Below, one piece after another: positions 23,750 through 36,276 of a stretch of DNA of 64,000 nucleotides. Under the pieces are notes generated by a model. That model saw only the letters and a program-made list of their open reading frames with translations, ran no database searches and was not told the DNA's origin. Made by a program: the position numbers and the translations under genes. The stretch is taken from NCBI GenBank assembly GCA_012295275.1, contig CM022674.1, forward strand, positions 9,486,001 to 9,550,000. The letters are read 5' to 3'. Within the stretch, counting starts at the first letter, position 1. Every line of letters begins with the position of its first letter. Origin of the DNA: Chrysomallon squamiferum. Lineage: Eukaryota > Animalia > Mollusca.

Positions 23750-26700
23750 GTAAGTTTATGAAAGTGACTACATAAGGATTCAATCATGTTATTTTCAAAT
23801 AATTTGCTTTATCGTTATGCATATTTCTTTGCTAGGAGAGATGCTGAAAAAAAAATAAAAAATGATTTCCGCTTTGCAAACACTGACACAGTGCAGGATA
23901 ACTTAAGAGACATATTAATTATTATTGTTAATACTAGTTTCATTATAAATAGTAAATTATAACTGTTAAGTAACATGTAAAAGATGGAAGAAGATTAAAA
24001 TACTGAGTCCGCACAGCATTATAATTAATATTAGGGTGTTCGGCGATTCGTAATGTCACAAAATAGCTCATCAACAGTATCATGAGTATGAACCAAACAG
24101 TGATATTTCAAAATTCATATAAGAAACTTATTGCTTCCATTCATAATAGTATAGATTTTAGAAAATGAGTGCATTTTGTTTGAATGAAAAAATAGTAAAA
24201 ATTTATTTCGAACTAATTTTTTTTACTCTTAAAAACTGGTATCAGGTATAATGAATGTATGAGGCCATTAACTCCATTGAAGGCAATATTTTTTTTATTT
24301 TTTTATTTTTTATTTTTTTTATTAAATTGCTGATCATTATGCTTTTTACATATGACATCTGGTGCACTAAAAATGGAATAAAAAATGTCAGAATTATAAT
24401 GGTTTCAAGTATTCTTTTACGGCAGTGTACTCAGTATTTGTCTGCTAGGAAGTTTTGGCACATTATGATACCTAATGAGAACAGTCATCTTCATATTCAC
24501 CTGTCAATGTCTGTGAAAATTATTTTCTTTTTTGATTTCATGAAATACTAAAGCTGTTGATGGAAACTGATACATTGGCTTGTTAAACTTCCAAATTCAA
24601 CAATTTTACATTCATTTTCTGTATTTTTTTTCTGATTTGTGCTAATTAAGGTATGTATGGTTATTAATATTACCAAACCATAATGTAGAACTACATTTTC
24701 AACTTGATCAAACATTTCAAACTGGATTATTTTTAAATATGTGCATACTAAAACTGAAAGCAGATTAATGATGAAATTTTGCCATCTGCTGTATTCCTTT
24801 CAGAAATGAGCTATCAGACAGTTTGTACCAAACATACGGTTACATAGGGGTTTCCCTTAAGGGTATTATTCATCTGTATAACCTTGATAACCTTTATAAG
24901 GTTCCAGGGATTGGTTTTGGTCAATTTCTGTAATTTGGCCAGATCCCAGGGTTGCCACATTAGACATATAACCTGTATTATTATTATTAATTTCGTTTCA
25001 TTTTTATAATATTTTTTTGTATTGTTATTATTTTTATTATTCATACCTAGAAATGAATAATAACCAAGTAATTGAGATACCTGGCAAAGCAGCAAAACAG
25101 TTTGTAAATGTCAGTGAACTAAATTCCTATTTAACTGATATTATGAGATGCACAAGATATGTTTAATTATAGAGAATAGATACCTAATTATTCTAAACAG
25201 CACAGAACATGTTTTAGGGCAATATAATAATAAAATTTAGTATATTTTAATATTTGTTATTTTCATAAGAACTGTGAATATTATAAATTTTAAATTGGAA
25301 AGGGTATTAACTGGTTAGAACATCACAGCTGTAAATTTTATCATTTGTATTGATTATGGATGAAATGTTTGGAAAAAACCCCACAAAAAGAAATATTTCT
25401 TTGACTTCTCACAATTATTAGTTTACACTTTATTGATTCTAAACAGAACTTAAATTGACAGTGGGTTTATCCAGCCTTTATTTACACTTACAATCACCTA
25501 CAATTATCAGAAGTATTTTTATAAATTCAAAATTAATAAAGAAATGGTTTTGAAAAATGAAACTAATAATGAGGATTATCTTGAAAGTTATTAATCAAAG
25601 AGAATATACATTAATACTGCTGAGTATCTTGGCTGGTCAGTTTGAATCTATTAATGAGATGTTAAGGCTACATTGAATTACAGCACATACTGATTCCCAA
25701 TAATTTTACTATTTTTGCAAATTGGTGGTTTGCCAATAATATTGAATTGTCCTAATAAAATGTTTGTTCATGAGTGTGTGTGGAATACAATATATATATA
25801 TATTTTTATTTTGCTCTTATTCTTATGATGCAGAAAATTGAATAACATGAATATTTTAATATTCTTGTATTGGAAACAAGTTTTTCCTTATTTAATTTAT
25901 TAAGTGACTGCTAATTGAGTGACTGATAGGAAATGTTTAGTCAGTTTTAAACAATAATAAATCCCATACACACAAGACATGCACACACAACATACATTTA
26001 TTGCAGTTGTTATTTTAATTATTTTATTTTTCAGTTATAATTTCTCAGCCTTTTTCTGTTTGATAAAATTATTCTTATTAGTATTATAAATTAGTTATTC
26101 AACAAATAATTTTTGTTTCAAAGGTCAGAAGACATTCCTAAAGTTATCATCAGGTATTTTGTATTATCTTTTTAATTTGTTGTGTTTGAAGTTATGGAAT
26201 TTTGGAAAATCTTTGCATGTTCAAGAAATAACACCAGTCAAGTATATTTGGAATTGGTACACAAATTATATCTTTGTTATTTTTTTCTTATGTTCATTGA
26301 CAATTGCTACTGTCAATAATGGTAATTTAAAAGCATCAAAACAACATAGAAACAAAAGATAATAATTTGTAATTATATAAAAACTTATATATAAAACTAT
26401 AGTAATTGATTTTTAGGAGTAAGTGGATAGATGAGTAGAAGACAAAGTTACTGTTTAATACTGGCAATAGTAGTATATTGCCTTTTTAATATTTTTATAA
26501 TTGCCCATTTATGCTGAAATATTTTGAAACTTAGAATTACAGTAAGTAAAACATTTATTATGTCAATAAATTTTGTTGAAATGATACATAATTAGCCATC
26601 ATTTATTCATTTTTTAAAATTTATTATTTTGTAAATAGAGAAATATTTTCCAAACATATTATTTATACAGCAGTTTATTTTGATGCTGTTAACTGATGTT

Positions 26701-29700
26701 AGACAAACTGATTTTGTTACTTTTTTTAATGGGAATGGTTTATTATGGGCATGCTTAAACGAAGTAATTTGAAAATATTTCATTTACTTTTTAAAAATAA
26801 TATTTATATTTTGGGAATAGGCTCCAGAAATATGAAGAATCGTATTGAGTACATTTTATTCAAGTAATACTTTGTTTTGATTGAAAACATTTACATATTT
26901 TATTGATACATAATTTTTCACAGCAATTCTATTTGAGTAGATCTTTTGTATATTATTATCATTAATATTATTAGAAAGTCTGTAAAATCATTACAGATAA
27001 AACATCACTTATAATATGTTGTAGTAAAGTGTAAAAAACTGTTATTATTAGTTATTATATATCAACACTTTTAAAATGTTTGATGAGGAGAAATTCAAAT
27101 CAGACTGCATTATTTTAAAAGGTAAAAAGTACATATGAAACTTTATAATGAAACTGTGATAATTTTTGCTATATCCTAGGTCTGGCCCCCAAAACCCAGC
27201 ACCAGGAGTACCTGGAGGTCCCCCGTAAGTAGAGGACTAACTGTCCTTTGGCTAAACACATATCAGAGATTATCAAAGTTTGACAAGGAAAAGTTCAATA
27301 ATGTTTTCCTTTGAATAAATAGTAATTAATTTGAAATTATTGTTGTTGTTATTATTATTATTATTATTATTTTACTAATTTATTATTATTCTTTTTTTAA
27401 TATTTGTTTTTTCGTTTCAGTTAATCTATATATATTTTTATTATTATCATTTTCAATTCTTAATTTTATTTATTGGACTCTCTTATTTTTTTATTTTTTT
27501 TTTTATTATTAAATACCCATATATATATATTATTATTTTAATTTTATTTTTTGCTTTATAAAACATTTACTTTAAATTTAGGTAAATAAAATTATTACTA
27601 GAAATTAAGTTCTTTAATGTAATTAAACTTTTTACTAACACATTTGTATTAAGGATAACTTTTTCCAGGTCTTTGGTAAACTCTGACATGAATGTGTTGG
27701 TCAAATAGCAATGTCATGCACACAGAACTTGTCCTTGTGGAGTATACATGTTGTGCTTTGAGTATTTTTATTTCTTATAATAATTATTATCCTTTTTGTA
27801 GTGGCATAAATGATTTTAATCGTTTTCTTTTCTTTTCCCCTCTATTTTTAACTAGCATACTCTTTTTTTTTTTTTTTTTCATTTTGATGTTGATAATTAC
27901 TTTATTGTAAATTCTTGCCATATTTAAAAAAAAAAAAATTGCAGATGGTTTATTTAACTTTTCAAGAGAAATAAAATATGTTAGAGGTTATTTAAATATT
28001 TATTTTCCATATGACTTTAAAAATATTTTAAGGGGGTGAGTTTAATTTAGAATTATTATTTATTTAGTTTATTTTTAAGTTTTATTCTACACTGCATGGT
28101 TTTTTTTTAATTAAATTCTTATTCAGCCTTTTATTCACCACAGTTTATTTTGCAATAAATATAATACATTTATATTTTACTGTTGTGATCTGTATGACAG
28201 ATTTTTACCTTTATATGTAAACGGGTATGGAAGTTATTTTCAAATAATACTACCAAATACCAGGAACTAACCATTTAAAAAAAATAGCGTTTTGTAATTT
28301 GAATTTATCATGTGAAATATTATTTTCATATTAAAGATTATTAGACATTACAATAATTCAGTAGGTCTTGAGTGAAATTGCACTTGGTGTTTAATGTCAT
28401 ATTTTTCTTAAATAGTCAAATATATATTTCAGAGAATATTTAATTATACTTAATTTATCATTTGAAAGCAGTTGTTTTTAATATGTAAAGGAAATATTTC
28501 ACAAACTGCTTGAATAATTTAACTTCATACATAAAACGTTTGTAAAATACTTTATGAACTGCACAAAGGCACAGTGTGTATGTAAAAAATGTGAAATGTG
28601 TTTTATAAATACGAAAGCAGCTTTCAGGACTTGGGCAGGATTAATTTTAAATACTGCAGTTTTCTTCTGTGGTACTGTGTATTAATTGAAAAGTATTGGC
28701 AAGGATATGACATCCTGCAGCACCATTACTCTCAGAGAGAATGTTTATTTCTAGTCATTGTTCATTTACTTGTCACTTGATGTCTGGTAATTTTTGAATT
28801 AAGCACAATTATAGAAACTATAGAAGTAACAGGAGATATTAACCATGAAAATCTGAGTTAGAGCAACATCTCTTTCTTTATTTGTATATAATGGTAATGG
28901 TGGGGATATGCCATTTTCTAGGCTGGTACTGGTTTATGACCTTCAGGATAAACATTATTTTGTAAAAATATCTTTTTACAAGTTACACTTTTTTTCTTCT
29001 TTTTTTTTCCTTCTGGATTTTAAATAATTCTCACATTTCCCAGTGTTTTCTTTGTTCTCTAGTAACTGGAAATGAATAGTATGTATTCTAAGAGTAACTC
29101 TTTGTAGTTGCTATTTAGACAAACCTACAGATACTGTTGATATGAATGTGATTATAAACTACATGGAAAATATTTGGTCATAGCAGTAACACCATCAATG
29201 AGATTGGCAACAGTAATAAAGACTTTGAAAGAAGAAAATAAGTAATAATATTAAAATGAATGAGCTATATGTCTTAGCTAAGTGATGCTATTGTTAATAG
29301 TTTTGTTCATAGGTCAGGAAGTGCAATGAAAAACATGACACAAAGGAAAATTTGGCATTGTCAAAACACCCTTTTTCTTTTAATGTGAAATGCCATAAAG
29401 ACTTTTTCCCATATGAAAATCTGTTAAAATGTTCACAAGGACAACAGCACACAACAGCACACTATGTAATATTTTTCAGATATATGTTATGGCAATATGC
29501 AGTGGTTTTTAGTGAGGTATGAATATAGATGATATCATAACCAGATATCCTGGTGGTATGAATATTGTTCCTTTTTGTGTGTGTGTGTGTGTGAAGAAAA
29601 AAAGGAAACGTATTATTAAGTAATTTATTTTAGTAAAGAATTTGTTTTGTGTCAAAATACTTCAATACAAATGTATTTGTAATCATCATTAATCATGTAA

Positions 29701-29894
29701 AATTGAAAAGAGAAATGATGGGATTTTATGACTTACCTTAATTTATCTCACTTAGGTCAGCAGGAGGACCAGGGGGTCCACCCCGTGCAGAGACAAACAA
29801 AAGGTTACAACAGACTCAGGCTCAGGTTGATGAGGTAATTGCATATCTGCAGCTGAAATTTTAGTTCTCATTGTTACATTGAACTTTTTTACGC

Positions 29895-29948
<54 letters not shown>

Positions 29949-32900
29949 TTTATTTTTATTTATTTATGTTTTTGATATATTCAGAATTCAAACTGATATG
30001 TATGGGTAATTAATAAAAAATGTATCATAGAAACTATAAGAAAAAAAATTATATTAGGACTTATAAAAAAAATACATGTTGTTTGACTAACTGCAGTGTT
30101 GAATTGGAGTTTTATTATTGTTTATTATGGTTAAACATTTGATAATTTTTTGTTTGCAGGTTGTGGATATTATGCGAGTAAATGTAGACAAAGTGTTAGA
30201 AAGAGACCAGAAAATAACAGAACTGGATGACCGGGCTGGTAATGACTTTTAAAAACAAAACATGAAACATTTATAAATAATTAATGTAGGAATAGGACAA
30301 GCCAGGGCATCATATCAGATAATGTATGTACCTTATTCTGGTATTAGTTTTTCACATTTTTTAATCATCTCTGTTTTAGACTTATTCTAATACTCTATCA
30401 AATCCACAACTCCTTTGAATATCTAAACACCTATATTTTAATCTAATTTCTCATCAGAAGTTTTCAAATTACAGATGCATTGCAGGCAGGTGCTTCACAA
30501 TTTGAAGCTAGTGCAGGTAAACTGAAAAGAAAATACTGGTGGAAAAACTGCAAGGTATGTGATACACTATTATCACTGTTCATAATTAAAGAGAGAAAAA
30601 AAAGTCAGATTAGTTGAATAGATAACCCTAGATTTTTTAAGTAACCATGTTCTAGTATTGTTGGGAAATATTTTCTGTTTGTCATTTTCGAAATAAAAAA
30701 ACAAAATGAAAAAAAGAAGACAAATCAGTTCCAGCATTGATTCCACCTGAGATTAGTTTAAAAGATTTTATTATTGATGTTAAATTTTTATCAGTGTAAA
30801 ATACCATTTCATGTACCACAGAAGATGAAATATCATCTGCTTTTAAATACAACACGTATATGTGTTATAATGGGTTTAAACAATTTGCAGATGATGATTA
30901 TACTTGGATCAATAGTTGCTGTTATTATTATCATAATTATTGGTGAGTTTAGTCAGTGTAGTCTCCACAAAATTCATCAGTGTTGTTTTGTTGTAATATT
31001 ATTGCACCTGTACATAGGTACTTGTTTCATCATTTTTATGTTTATAATTTTAAAAAATAAACAATAATACATTTGTATTCATTTAATCATTAAGGCACTG
31101 TGTGGCAGTAGAAAATGCAAAATTTGGGTCAGTTTGACAGTTCTTAACTTTTTGCAGATTTACATTCCTGAGCACGTCCCATTCCTCAATTTATTAAAAA
31201 TGTCTTTTTTAAGCAGTAAAAATGCATTTTTTAATGCTACCCATTCATATTTGTGTTCATTTCTTTTGAAAAGTTCATTTTAGACCCTAGCACAAGACAT
31301 TTTCTTTACACTAATGATCAAGTATTGCATATGAAGCTCCTGTTCTTCCCATGTACTATTTTGGAGAGTTTTGTTGTAATAACTAGGTCACATTCATATG
31401 ATAACTCATTTTCTGTTTAAGGGGTGTGAAGAAGAAAGTGCTTATCAAATTTGCCATATTGGGTCACTTCACCGACCACATCCAAAAAAATGGCTATTGT
31501 TTACTTTGACAAATGGCTTTTGTGAGGAAATCTCACAGAAAATGTGTCTGAAAGGCAAGTTCTTGAGAAGAAAGCATCTAGCTTATGTAAGATAGGGCAA
31601 AGCAAGTAAGCACAGTGACACTGGTGAGAATTGATAATGACTCTGTCAGCATGTCAGTCACCTTTGTCTTTATTTTGACAACTTCAGAATCAGAACCTTT
31701 TGTTTTGGGCAGTAAAATCCAGACATATTTTAAACAGGAAACCTATGACAGTGTACTTACTGCTGAGTGACTTGCAGAATCTTTGAAGTTTTTAGGCATG
31801 ACTCAGAAATAAATAATAGGTCTAAATATGTTTCTTGTCTTATTTTTATATTTTTCTCCTTTTCAATTTCTCAGGAAATGTCTGTTCAATTCTAATGGAA
31901 TTTGGTACATGTTTACACTGCAGATGGTGATGATATTTTTGATAGTTTTCATTTTATAAAGACACACAATTTACAACTTTTTTAAAACAGAAAACACTAT
32001 TAATAAGTTAGAGCCAAAAAAAAAATCTCTGTTGCACTGTCAACATATATTTACAGCAAATGCTTCTGCTAAAAACTTCCTGTGTGATGACTGATGTATT
32101 TTGTAGCTGAAAAATCAGTTCTTAAAACCCTGTCATTCCACACTGCTTATGTTGGTTTCTATGGCAGTGGCAAGCAATAAACTTGAACAGACTGCATTTT
32201 TACATTTAGTATTCAAAGTATTATCATTTACTATCCATTAAACATGTTTTCTTTAGCTACTTGAAAATTTAACATCTACTGCTGCACAATGCCTTAAGCT
32301 GAAAAATAAAATAATATCCTATTTAAATTTGTCATTCTTAAGAACAGAAATGGTACCCCTGGCACTGTAGATCAGAACAGCATGAAATTAATCTCATTTT
32401 GACGTAGTATTCAAATTTTTCTTTTCTGTTTTAGACACTGTTTTTAGCATGTATGTTTTCTTTTTGTTTTCTTTTTGTTTTTGTTTTTTGTTACTTGTCT
32501 ATTTGTGTTATCTTGCAGATGTGGTTAATTCTCATTGGAATTATTGTTGTGATTATTATTATTATTATTGGTAAGTTTTCTAATCTTTTGTTAAAAAACA
32601 AAGTCACTTTCTGTTTTTGTTTTCACTAAGTCAACAATAAAAAAAATAAAAATAAGAAATTAATATATAAATATAAATTAAATAAAGCAAAAATTAAAAT
32701 ATATGAAATGGATCAAAGAACAAACAAATAACTGGCAGGTGATTTTGAATTTTTCTTATTTTTAGTTAAAACTTTTTGTCATCTTTTATTGTTCATGTTA
32801 TAATTTTGGTTTCACATCAGTTTTTATAACTAATTTCCACTAGTTATATATGATATTACTTAGACAACTTATAATTTTTGTCAGTGAGTATTGAATAGCT

Positions 32901-35900
32901 ATTTATAAGTTTTAAATTTTTTACTGCCATTTTGCCTCTTAATTGTTTATGAACATGCAGTGTATTGTCATTCTGAGATAAATAATTGGTTTTAACTTTT
33001 GGAAATACGGCCAATCAAATATTGGAAAGAAAATTAATTCCATGAGAAATCATTTTAGCATAATCTGGTTTTCTGTTTGAATTTGATTTGGATTATGTGA
33101 CCTTGAAATGACCTTTAGCAGTCAGATTTGCAGTCTAGAAAATCAATAACAACATACAAAAACAATTACAGAATATAAAATGTTCTTTATAAGTCAGCAG
33201 TTTTCAGAAAAAGCAAACGTGAGGCAATAAAGCATGTTTTGCACCACTAACCGATAATAATACTAATAATGTATGCATTTATATTGCATACTAGTTCTCT
33301 GTATTCTTATGGCAGTGGGATAGAAATTTTTTTGTCTTCATCCATGATGGGGAGTGGTTCATTGTGAACACAGTTACCTTGGAAGGTCTATAAAGAATTA
33401 CAGCAGTTGAAGCAGGAATGTCTACTAATCATAGGTGTCTTGGTCATGGTATAGATCTTGAAATGATGAATCTTGAGAGCTGCTTTTAAAGCTGTTTCTG
33501 CAGACTTGATCATTTCTGACAGGCAGTTCCATTTCTTTGAAGCAGCAGGTATCCGTGTTATTCTTGCTGTATCTTGCACAAACTGCAGATGCTGCAGTTG
33601 CCCTTTACTAATAAATGTTACAGTTGTGACTGTTGCACTAAGGTCTGATATTCCTTCTATTTCTTAGTTGATAGTGAATGTTTTGATATTTGAAATTTAA
33701 CTGGTTATAGTAAGTTCTATCTTGATCTGTACAGCAAGACATTTTGCTTTTGATGCTAATATTCCCAAGTACATACACTGTGTTGCTTGATTAACTTAAC
33801 ACCTTTTAGGTGCATGATCTTCATGATGTCATCATTGGTAAATAAGAGCATCTCAGTCCACCTCAGTACACCCCAGAATGTTCCTTCATTTGTATTGGCT
33901 TTCTGAAACCTTCATGACTGGGATGTTTTCTGTGCAGAAAAATTGTGACCATTTCAATACTTAGTCTTTTTTCTTTTAATTTTAGATCTACTTCAAAGCA
34001 GTTTCTATGGTCAAACATATGAAAAATAAAATTGTATTATTCTCTTTGTAAACTTATTAGACAATACACAGTATAAAATAGCAGACTAATGGATTTTAGA
34101 GAAGTATTCAGCACAAATACAGTAAATGTAATACAAAGAATTTCCTATGCAGCTTTGACTATTGCTGACTTACAAAGAATATTATCAAAATTATGACAGA
34201 AACACTTAAATTTATAGATGTATTGACTGCTGAAGATAAAATCTGTATATTTACACATTTAAGAGAAAATAATAGTTTTTAAGTGAAATTTCCACTGAAT
34301 AGAATGAATGTACATTTCAGGCTGCTAGCCTTTCATAGAAATCAGTTTCTCAAAAACTTAAATTATAACTATAAAAGATAACATTTATCTTTAAATGTGT
34401 ATATTTTATAATTATCTTTCACTTTAACATTTTATGCAGTCTGTGTCTAAACAGAGACAAGACATGTCATGACTTGAAATAACTTGAAACTGTTTGTTTT
34501 TAATTATCAGTCATTATGTGATATTATCTGTTTTCTTGACTTGCATTCAAAACTTTATTTTAGTTATCAAATAGTTCCAAGACTAATTGCAAGTTAGTAA
34601 AAAGAAAAAAAAAACAACATCTCCTTGCATTTCACAAAATATACTTGGATATTTAACTAGATTATTGAAGCTACTAGACCAAAATGCCAGTAAAAAATAC
34701 AACCCTCAATGATTTAATTACTAAATTGATTTTCCTTTCTAATGTTTTTATAATAAATGATTAACACATATGTTCTCTTAAACATAGATATATCAGATAC
34801 AGTCTTAATGACATTATCTTCTATTAGTAAGGGCTTCTCTTTTCATAACTTCTGATATATTTGTTCTGATATATTTGTTCTGTTAAACTTAACTAATTTG
34901 TTTTATATCCTAATTAGTTTGTACATTTTGTCTGATACCATATCCATTTTTTGTACTTATGATAGTTTTAATGTTTAAAAATATTTGATTATTAGTGAAG
35001 TGATGTAAAATAATAATAATAATAATAATAAAAATAAAAATAAAAGGAAATAAAAAAGAGGTAAGTAAACACATACTTAATTTACTAAAGCATTAATTCA
35101 TTTTTTTATTTTTTTTTTTTTTTCTCCCATGTTGAATGAAAAAGCACAATAGGGACAAAAATAATTTTACTTATCTCCCTTTTTAAACTTACAATTTGTT
35201 TTATTTTGATTTTTTTGTTTTTCTGCATTTTTTTTTTTTATATCCAAACAGTATGGGTAACAACATCATAATTTACAGGTACTATCTATGTATGTCACTA
35301 ACAGTATTGTGTACTTTTGTTGTCTTGGTATTGTCTTTCTATCAAGTCGTGTTCTGCCAAGATCTGAAAGCTATAGTATCTTAAAGTATTTATTTTAATA
35401 TTTTCAAGTAGCTGGATTTAAAATGGATATCCTATGTTTTGACATACTAAAAGAAGAAACCTGATGTTTATTATCTTTAATAATATGGTTTATGTAACCA
35501 CCAGATCGTTATTGTCACAGATAAATATTCAGCCTTCTTTAATGTTAATTTGATTAAAACAGTTTATGGTATGTTTGCTTTAAACTGATTATACTGAATA
35601 TTTACATATTTGTTTTTTTTTTAAATTATTGTTTTAAAAGTTTATAATATTTAGATATTTAAAAATGTTAACAATTTAAGGGACATGACTTGATAGGTTT
35701 CATAATACTAGTAGTGTGTGTGTGTGTGTGTAGGCCCTAGTGCTCGATCAAATGTGCTATTCGAATATTCACTTACTCCTAAAACATTTACTGTTTCAGA
35801 TAAATATTTCAGATTTTTACAAATGGAAATGCATATATGCAGATTACATAATGATGAAATATGGTTTATCATTCTAACTTTTTTTTTTGTACTATCCAAA

Positions 35901-36178
35901 CATTTTTGGAAAGGTGCTGTATGAAAACTATTTGTGCTAAAGTTTCCAAAAATGTATTATATATATTTAAAAACATATACTACAAAATGACTAAAGAAAA
36001 TATTGGGAAAATTAACTGTTCTTTCCATATATCTTTTATACAATTTTCTATTGTTTAATAATACAAATAAAAAACATTATTTTTTTAAATAATCTTTTTG
36101 AAGTATGTAAACAAAGATAAATTTTTCTGTTATTTTGTAGAAATACATGTCCATGATGAACACCAGCAGTTTGACTGA

Positions 36179-36276
<98 letters not shown>

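Noticed and set aside
26411-26424. ttttag-GA-gtaagt, an apparent 2-nt microexon in VAMP intron 1
   Set aside because: It would frameshift the protein and such motifs are expected by chance in AT-rich introns.
33300-33950. GC-richer stretch with short ORFs in a VAMP intron
   Set aside because: No splice-consistent frame; only a faint YLG-like RT motif on the minus strand, probably an old LINE fragment that I cannot classify.
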